The notes under the pieces were generated by a model. That model saw only the letters and a program-made list of their open reading frames with translations, was not told where the DNA came from and searched no databases. This document shows, in pieces, positions 7,401-12,329 of a DNA stretch of 64,000 nt (position 1 is its first letter; the number at the start of each line of letters is the position of its first letter). Source of the DNA: Auanema rhodensis (lineage: Eukaryota > Animalia > Nematoda); NCBI GenBank assembly GCA_964057225.1, contig OZ059894.1, forward strand, positions 124,001 through 188,000. Reading direction: 5' to 3'. Both the position numbers and the translations under genes were made by a program.

Positions 7401-10123
7401 TATGTAGGGTCTACCATACGTCTTCCTTTAATTAGAGGAATAATTTGTGTAATTCCTGGATTACTCATAAGTGGTCTTAAAAATGGATATGGGCAAATTC
7501 GAAGCGTGTACGTTTCAAAATCTTCAACTTCATTTATTCTATCCTGATCGAATGGGAATGAGCATTTTGTAGAAGTTGCGCGTTTAAGTCTTTTGAACGG
7601 CAATTTCTTAAATTCTCGTTCAATTAGGAGTGTGATATTGTTATCATTAGGATATTTGGGGAATGTTATATAATTTCCTGATGTTGTGTGGAATGCTGGT
7701 TGTCTAAAGCAGGATGCAATTGGTTTTGGTGTTAGTTTACTTGAAAGGATAAGCGCTGATTGTGTACTTGGAATCAAAATAGTTTCTTTGCTTATTATGG
7801 CATCGTAGTAATGCATATCGATATAATTACAACGGGAATCCGATGTTTGGGGATCCCATATAATTATTGATGTATTTGATTTGCAATTACCATGATGAGC
7901 ACTACAACCTTCAGTGTTTAGTATTAAATTGGATAATATTGTATCATCGGGCATGCGGGTCATGACTCCGCGCTCTAGTACTAAACGCGGCCGCTCCTCG
8001 CACTCGTCGCGGCTAAACGCGCGCGCCGGATCATAGGAGGGCTCTGGGGTTGCTTGTGCTATACTATCGATTCTCTCCAGCTCCATGTTATTCCATTTGC
8101 GATCGCGAATCGCCTGCCTGCACTCGTGCGCCGCTATAGGCTGCACCCTATCGATTGTTCTGTTTGTGTCGCGGAGGAATAACAAATCGCGTACACACAG
8201 CTTGTGTACTTCCTTCGAGCAGCGCCACGCGTCCCACTCGTGTGCCGTGTGGTTTCGCGTGTATAGATGGATTTGTGTACGTAGCACATGATTTGTTTCT
8301 GTTAATTTACATTTCTTTACTACTGGCGGAACTAATAAGGCTCCTCCAGTTGCTTTTGTGCAAATTTGATATGAAGTTACACATGGCAGGAAAATTGCTA
8401 CTGTGATTGCCATTACAACCGTTAGTGATAACGGTGAAAGGGTCACAGAGTTAATTCGTGGTGTGCTTCTATCTCGTCCTCTTGATTGATCTCTTTGATT
8501 GTTAAAATGGACTCTTCTTTGTCCGTTATGTTCATTAGTCCTTCCTCTTCTACTATTGTTTGAAGGATTAAAATTGTTTGAATGCCAGTTGTTATTAAAT
8601 CGTCCCGAATTTCGTTCATAATTATTGTTACGGCGATAATTAGCAAAAGAGCCGTTACGATTTTGGTTGTTATTATATTTTGAAAAGTTTTTATTTTTCT
8701 GATAATTTTGATAATTATGATAATTTTTATTGTTTTGGTTATCACGTGGATAATTACGGTCGAAATTTCGGTTATCTCGTCTCTCGTTTGTGCGCGCGAA
8801 AGGAGCTAGTGCTTTGTTTACAGCATTGACTAGCATGGACTGCGTGTCTGTTGTCTGGTTCATTATCGATTCTTCCCAGCGAGCGGCCTCAATCGCATCC
8901 GTGAAGGATTTTGGCTTCGCTCGAATCACAGCTGGTTTCAGAGTATTTTTTAGTCCTCTGAGGAAAGTTGATCTTAATATGTGATCTTTGTGAGGGTCAT
9001 CCGTGGCAAAAGCGCTTAGTGCAATCGTTCTCAGTGATTGAGCGTAAGCGTCAATTGTCAGATCCCCTTGGGTTGTATTTTGGAGATTGATCAGCGCGGG
9101 GTCCTGATTATATTCAGGACAAAGCTTAGATGTTAAAGCTCTTAACAGGTCATTCCATGAACCGGTGGTTTTTAATTGTTCAGGTACTTGCCTGTACGCT
9201 TCTTCCGCTGCTTCGTTTTTAAGAAGCAAAGGTAGAAGGGCTAATCTCTCCGGGATTACCAGACCTACAGCGTTGGCAAATAGGTTGAATTTAGCCGTGA
9301 AATCTCGAAAGTTGCGACTGCCATCATAAGTTGGGCAGTAGGGTGATAACAAGGCTTGCGCTATGCTAGTTTTCCCTGCCCCAGGTAAAGAAGGTTCAGT
9401 TGCCATATTACTTGTACGGGCAGATGGCATTTTTATCACTCTGCCTGTTGTTAATGAGTTCTCAGACACAGGGGTTGTGTGTACTGAGCGGCTGGGTTGG
9501 TTTGGTGCTTTTGAACTTCCTGTTGTTGTATTTGGTAAAATTGGGGTTGAAGTTTGGTTATCAGTAATAGCAAGATGTGTATGTTCGGGTGGTTGTATGG
9601 GAGATAAATTAATGTTTGGAACCGACGAGTATCTATTCGTGTGGCTGGTGTTCAAGTTTCGATCTTTTGGTGAACGATTGAAGAGATCAGAAACTATGTT
9701 TTTAAAAGTTTGTAAACCGCCTGCACTAGTAGTGGCTACTGAAGGTGAAACTGTTGGTTCAGGGATGGACAGAGAGAGAGATGCGTCCGATTTGCTTGAG
9801 TTTTTATTTTTATTTTTCTTATTTTTATTTGAATTAGAGGAGCGTACCTTTTTAGCAGTAACTGGTGTTTGTTCTTCCACTATGACGGATGTTTCTTCTC
9901 CTCCTGGTGGTACGTAATCCTCGTCGCTTAATCGTTCAGTAGGTGAATAAGTGCCTGCACGAGGAGTAAAGAATTTGTCGGTTTTGTGCTCGACTTTCTG
10001 CTCGTCTTCGATTATAGCGATGCTCTGCGCGCGAGCTCGGCTTCTGGTGAGTGGAGCTGAGTCTCGCAGATCAAAATCAGTTCGTGTACTGAGAGGTACA
10101 GCTGATCGGAATCGTTTATCCAC
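1439..10123 (-). CDS. Single Gag-Env-Pol polyprotein (2894 aa from GTG 10123; first in-frame ATG at 9430; frame open from 10186)
   Basis: Uninterrupted ORF with a capsid-like region, Asn/Arg-rich region, signal peptide, glycoprotein ectodomain, TM, aspartic protease, RT, RNase H and integrase. The true start codon is uncertain. Confidence 0.95.
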   Translation of the reverse strand: MDKRFRSAVPLSTRTDFDLRDSAPLTRSRARAQSIAIIEDEQKVEHKTDKFFTPRAGTYSPTERLSDEDYVPPGGEETSVIVEEQTPVTAKKVRSSNSNKNKKNKNKNSSKSDASLSLSIPEPTVSPSVATTSAGGLQTFKNIVSDLFNRSPKDRNLNTSHTNRYSSVPNINLSPIQPPEHTHLAITDNQTSTPILPNTTTGSSKAPNQPSRSVHTTPVSENSLTTGRVIKMPSARTSNMATEPSLPGAGKTSIAQALLSPYCPTYDGSRNFRDFTAKFNLFANAVGLVIPERLALLPLLLKNEAAEEAYRQVPEQLKTTGSWNDLLRALTSKLCPEYNQDPALINLQNTTQGDLTIDAYAQSLRTIALSAFATDDPHKDHILRSTFLRGLKNTLKPAVIRAKPKSFTDAIEAARWEESIMNQTTDTQSMLVNAVNKALAPFARTNERRDNRNFDRNYPRDNQNNKNYHNYQNYQKNKNFSKYNNNQNRNGSFANYRRNNNYERNSGRFNNNWHSNNFNPSNNSRRGRTNEHNGQRRVHFNNQRDQSRGRDRSTPRINSVTLSPLSLTVVMAITVAIFLPCVTSYQICTKATGGALLVPPVVKKCKLTETNHVLRTQIHLYTRNHTAHEWDAWRCSKEVHKLCVRDLLFLRDTNRTIDRVQPIAAHECRQAIRDRKWNNMELERIDSIAQATPEPSYDPARAFSRDECEERPRLVLERGVMTRMPDDTILSNLILNTEGCSAHHGNCKSNTSIIIWDPQTSDSRCNYIDMHYYDAIISKETILIPSTQSALILSSKLTPKPIASCFRQPAFHTTSGNYITFPKYPNDNNITLLIEREFKKLPFKRLKRATSTKCSFPFDQDRINEVEDFETYTLRICPYPFLRPLMSNPGITQIIPLIKGRRMVDPTYSLKEWIIAHRENFEFFFKIQIYEKSLRHFLKQYDFRDKDEAILQYVAQRELALATKAGISYLTSRQLLQQISDRLTVIEFDQLIRTKEGTYRERAETIALDLANTPVIIEDKLTVPSRQEILKTFVKMPPIRKQLLTDQEERNSKFIKDTIDLVHELKTLVTLRRNKTAADIDDIKFINIPSSRMFVLDTDKLFYDIKNNFGIPIGPHPKLKEPNNISKDLLLEIFLPLLNDNILPNTSSRISSEQLKRLMTEKIQLKSLQITTRAPSNAAGGAAEMAALPIIDREALITTDSAILPQTSTSPRAAAATTARAPSSMAQPETTARHTTATTTARATISTRAPPTTILYAVYQDQQIPIMEETTYTPISLIRKHRASSTPTATDIESVQANAQYIATKIDSEQQFRQNITSRIAQDHLQYATTMIQEELQKHFKESYESICEIQNRYLELWRSILQIEPTIAMRTILGREDIAARFVGSEILHIHVCPVVLQKTIYHNHTVNGTCYLETPVLTQEGQLLFAAPGSKDLLPHGKEINCDHVPTDVWSTDGEWKGINGTVDVSLISMWDGLHHEKITPLKFTGAHLYTNLSSRVYSMTTAIAYGASLASIRQNHVLHTIHHDPKISSAFSILKKSSDYISKANEFTKSTWNSFVDTIAGTIERTLITIGAITIIVVILIVLAFVAKIYFFKPIGMQVMHIELRDQTNDLPTYEETLELVSQPDQPIPRNIMKQYYPSFLTLVPLAMPIVCSVSNRKDQTLPLLLMTVNDRLILTLWDSGSSISYIRLSTLHYLTLNDFVKKDKSVATTANGSAFRFLGTIDLTVEIAGYEIDHTFFISRDEDCPSPALIGLDFMKTLDRQNIGMKLRPFKQTLEIGDRVVPLANGNNGNIRKTSFVINLINLSPQCIFPHQTCRIPVRLAEPISHNEVAVLQPDEEKTISTTYETAFRDVNSITMTFKNNTDHPIDLSPGNIIDKAKIGVLPQYEIFTTEHNPDYIPPEADWENKLPHFPQDFMNDLDLKDADLTKEQKDLLQLCILRNRDAFLNEDKQIGLFKGPVEHSIPLRTDMDMPRPRITRIPIGKQEEVERQVQEMLKQNIIEPSTSLFNSPVVLVKKKDETFRFVTDFRALNNVTRKQTYIIPNISDIVDMAAGSQYFSNFDLVSGFFQIALKKSDRPLTAFTTNTGTYQYRRMPMGLCGAPHTFQTAVRYLQSRCKCRLFVYLDDLLVISDTAEQHLDDIAEILREVKKLGMKIKLKKCAFARPEVKFLGLIVGRDGVKPDPQKVSAIQDYPAPKSPTGVRAFLGMVGFFRKFIKDFAHIASPLYDLTKLDVEFQWNDKSQQAVDTLKRKLIQAPVLKPPRSDRMFIIESDGSNIAVGAVLLQPEDPNEPLKNLHPIAFASRKLVKAERNYAPIEIEALGLVYALAQFRTYILGSHTICITDHRPLTSLLTRRDLFGRLAKFQLVIQEYDIEIRYREGRLNKVCDALSRYIGDEANDPKPEKKKKTKEIPKAQINFVNVPDIRAIQEDTPWIKRTIAEIEYRAKKNMLSNDRYCVIDNMLYTKPSRKRPHPALILPRESELINKVIEEFHEDPAIGAHQGINKTKEAILRRFCWTNMQTDIAIFVKQCVKCAQRKKDPHAMTVQPMGQFEIPSKPFERIHMDIMGPFPTSKRNNNYVLTIQDSFSKWATTIAIPTIVTDVIIDRFLRNFVYIFGPPNRLITDRGSNFVSKKFEEMCEQLGIKHEPTLPHQKNSNGQVERLHRTLEEGLTHYLNEDVTDWDMYLPKITFALNTITHATTGISPYIALFGKESRMRLDKELFPETLQPEILEEIENTEYIRGERRTIIQENLAKHQETAKRKHDGRQRIEERDIRKGDQVMLAIKAHKPGQKLRKSYDGPFEVINVEGNMVQLKNPFGKIQDVHKDNLKLFERKMKHTIAQNTRSNTTTYDTDDDSDIEIIKVINGNDNYDSSEETEPEDPSDQNWLPPRRRR
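1600..2700 (-). other. Integrase domain (HHCC zinc finger, DDE core, GPF/Y module); no chromodomain; boundaries approximate
   Basis: FHEDPAIGAHQG...CVKC; HMDIMGP, ITDRGSNF, NGQVERLHRTL; KLRKSYDGPFEV. Confidence 0.93.
2950..3325 (-). other. RNase H domain (Ty3/gypsy type); boundaries approximate
   Basis: FIIESDGSNIAVGAVLLQ, ERNYAPIEIEALGL, TDHRPL, NKVCDALSR. Confidence 0.93.
3580..4240 (-). other. Reverse transcriptase domain; boundaries approximate
   Basis: SPVVLVKKKDETFRFVTDFRALN, FDLVSGFFQI, MPMGLCGAP, YLDD at 3751-3740, KCAF, VKFLG. Confidence 0.97.
4770..5130 (-). other. Retropepsin-type aspartic protease; boundaries approximate
   Basis: LWDSGSSISYI (DSG at 5080-5072), flap-like TANG, ALIGLDFM. 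Confidence 0.92.
5340..8446 (-). other. Envelope-like type I membrane glycoprotein embedded in the polyprotein, probably a class III (gB / chuvirus G-like) fusogen
   Basis: Hydrophobic signal-like stretch VTLSPLSLTVVMAITVAIFLPCVTS|YQIC (8446-8372). Cys-rich ectodomain with at least 12 N-x-S/T sequons. Furin-type sites RLKR (7591-7580) and RKHR (6289-6278). TM LITIGAITIIVVILIVLAFVA (about 5416-5354). The pattern C..Q...EP..A....G.....C...CY..P...F....C recalls gB-like domains III/IV; this is recognition, not a search result. Confidence 0.8.
8456..9340 (-). other. Gag: capsid-like domain (about 9340-8860) followed by an Asn/Arg-rich nucleocapsid substitute (about 8795-8456)
   Basis: PTYDGSRNFRDF...QGDLTIDAYAQSLR...TFLRGL...PKSFTDAIEAARWEE resembles Ty3/gypsy capsid with a major-homology-like segment. 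No CCHC knuckle is present. Confidence 0.8.
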
Positions 10124-11519
10124 TTTGGTAGCGCTCTTGGTTTGGAAAAACCTTGAGTGTTTAGTAACGTGGGGGATTTTGAGACGTTAATGAGTGTTAT
10201 GGATAAGGAGTTTTGGAAAAGGGGTGAGAAAGCTGTGAGTAACTGGTTTGTATAGTCGGCGTTAAGGAATGAATCTAAGTTGTGGCCATCAACAGAGATC
10301 CGCCTACTACCGTATGAAAATTTGGACTTTGTTCGCTTTCCAATTTAATATTCTTAAATGTATATAATTCAACCAGTTTGTATATGTTCAAAAATGTTCA
10401 GTGCTCACTTGATTGATGCCTGAGCAATCTCATTAGTCCTTATTCCCACTTTTTTTTCTTTTTTCTGACGATTCTGATCTTCTTGGACTCACGAGTGATC
10501 GAAAATGCCACGAAAATGGACTTTGGTAAATGTTCAAAGGATTTTAGCGGTTTTCATAATGTACATTCGTAATAGCATTACTCTTTAAGGAAGCAATTTG
10601 GAAAACGAATGAGTACCGTAGTCCCATCATGATCAGAAATCTAGTTTTAAAATTATGGCTAGGAATAGATGACTAAAGATTACAATAACTATATTTAAAG
10701 AATTATGGTGTTTAGGAATGAGTCTTATGCTTCAAAACAACAATAACGGTATGAGGAAGGTGACATATAGTAAGGGGAGAAAATCCAAACTGATATGCTT
10801 AAGCCAACACGACCTGATAGACAATCACTAATAATAATTCAGTTCGTAAAATTGTACAGGATTTTTCGGACTATAGCGATCTTAAAATTCACTTTTCATA
10901 ATATTCCTCCCATTTAGGTGAGGTTTCCCGTGTAACTTCAATGCGTTATCAAAATATTTTTGGATGTTAATGGCAAAAAGTTGTCTGAACAGAAATGTAA
11001 CGCAAAATAAAATAGTCCTGATCGCAAAATATGAAATAATCTCAATTTGGTGCGCAAAATTGTTTCATCCACAAAAATAAAGAAATAACCGTGGCTATTC
11101 TTTCCTCGAAGCCAAAATCAATCCTTAAAAGGAGAAAGTGTGGGCATAAATCTCAATAAAAATTATCCTTGGGTGAATTTGTTCACTAATTCATCCTAGG
11201 GTCCTCAAAAATGCTTCGAGTTCGGGTAACAGAGTATTTGATGTTAACAGCAAGGATATAAAAATTGTTGGGTTCAGACAGACAGAAAATTGTGAACAAA
11301 CGGGAGAATATAACTTCAGTTTCAAAAAATATAAAATCCATCTCCAAAAGGAGTGGTCCTTGCATCTGTTCCCTTTTAAACGTTGTTGGCCCCACCGTAT
11401 TGTGTTGAGACATGGAGTAGATGGTTTAGAGATATAAGAGAATTCAGATTCAATGAATTGTAGTAAAAATAACGAAATATAAGAGAAAATAGTCAAGAAA
11501 TCAAGATAAAAATGTTCGA

Positions 11520-11532
11520 GGTGGAACCTCCA
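11520..11532 (-). promoter_or_regulatory. Primer-binding site complementary to the 3' end of tRNA-Gln
   Basis: Sense TGGAGGTTCCACC immediately follows the 5' LTR. Metazoan tRNA-Gln ends ...GGUGGAACCU-CCA, giving a 13-nt match. Confidence 0.85.
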
Positions 11533-11869
11533 CGTTCCGTTATGCTCTCACGTCGATCCTATAGACCAATAAAGCCTACAAGATGAGTGTGATAGTATTC
11601 CAGATGTAGCGGTAGATAAAGAGCATAATGGATAAACATAAGACTCGAGAAAGAAAAGTTTATTATGTCTACATGATTACAATAAGTTATATAAGTCTAC
11701 ATAAAGATATAAAGTGAAAGAGAGCTAAGAAAGGAAGACCAACCATCCATAGTCATTCCATAAGGCAAAGCAGAAGTCTGTGTTCCATATGAAGGGCGTG
11801 TCGTCCTCTCTCAGCCTCATGTCGTCTGATTCTAACCCGCCTGCTACGTATTGATTTCCGAATGGAACG
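11533..11869 (-). repeat. 5' LTR (337 bp)
   Basis: Matches 405-741 (offset 11128) and is adjacent to the PBS. Confidence 0.97.
11687..11694 (-). promoter_or_regulatory. Candidate TATA box TTATATAA in the 5' LTR
   Basis: Palindromic TTATATAA about 25 nt upstream of AATAAA on the sense strand. Motif evidence only. Confidence 0.4.
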
Positions 11870-11873
11870 CATC
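11870..11873. repeat. 4-bp target-site duplication CATC, right copy
   Basis: GGAACG|CATCACGTGTAC; the satellite resumes in register. Confidence 0.95.
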
Positions 11874-12329
11874 ACGTGTACATTTAATTAGCATAAATTA
11901 AAGTTCACGTAAAATTCAAAGTCATGGTTACCATGCACCAATATCAATAAAAATTTGTTTTTAGACTAATATGGACATGGGGAATCAAATTTTGAAAACC
12001 GCATCTCTTTATCTTTTACGTGAAGCGAGTTACATACCAAGTGCACATCACGTGTACATTTAATTAGCATAAATTAAAGTTCACGTAAATTTCAAAGTCA
12101 TGGTTACCATGCACCAATATCAATAAAAATTTGTTTTTAGACTAATATGGACATGGGGAATCTAATTTTGAAAACCGCATCTCTTTATCTTTCACGTGAA
12201 GCGAGTTACATACCAAGTGCACATCACGTGTACATTTAATTAGCATAAACTAAAGTTCACGTAAATTTCAAAGTCATGGTTACCATGAACCAATATCAAT
12301 AAAAATTTGTTTTTAGACTAATATGGACA

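Larger units (their letters stand above)
405..11869 (-). mobile_element. Full-length Ty3/gypsy-type (Metaviridae-like) LTR retrotransposon carrying an envelope-like gene; 11,465 bp
   Basis: Paired 337-bp direct LTRs, 4-bp TSD, PBS and an intact ORF with PR-RT-RH-IN order. RT and IN motifs are gypsy-like: FVTDFRALN, DLVSGFFQI, MPMGL, YLDD, DIMGP, TDRGSNF, NGQVER, YDGPF. Confidence 0.97.

Noticed and set aside
5340-8446. Env region as a nested independent insertion or captured host exon
   Set aside because: No internal LTR, TIR or TSD. It is in frame on both sides and bordered by candidate protease sites.
8443-8745. 100-aa Ile-rich minus-strand ORF overlapping gag
   Set aside because: Alternate-frame reading of AAT/AAC Asn-rich codons; a compositional artefact.
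1878-10190. Plus-strand ORFs of 60-184 aa (e.g. 3861-4313, 9363-9917, 6531-6818)
   Set aside because: Antisense shadows of the long polyprotein ORF, several starting at non-ATG codons, with no recognisable motifs.
11186-11496. 75-aa and 101-aa ORFs in the 5' leader as accessory genes
   Set aside because: Short, no recognisable similarity, and the longer one starts at TTG. Treated only as possible uORFs.
11500-11532. tRNA-Gln gene
   Set aside because: Only the 13-nt 3' end including CCA matches and there is no cloverleaf; it is a PBS.
405-11869. BEL/Pao or Ty1/copia classification; DNA transposon based on terminal inverted repeats
   Set aside because: IN follows RH (not copia). There are no triple Cys-His Gag knuckles and the RT motifs are gypsy-like (not BEL/Pao). 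The inverted repeats are just the short LTR ends.
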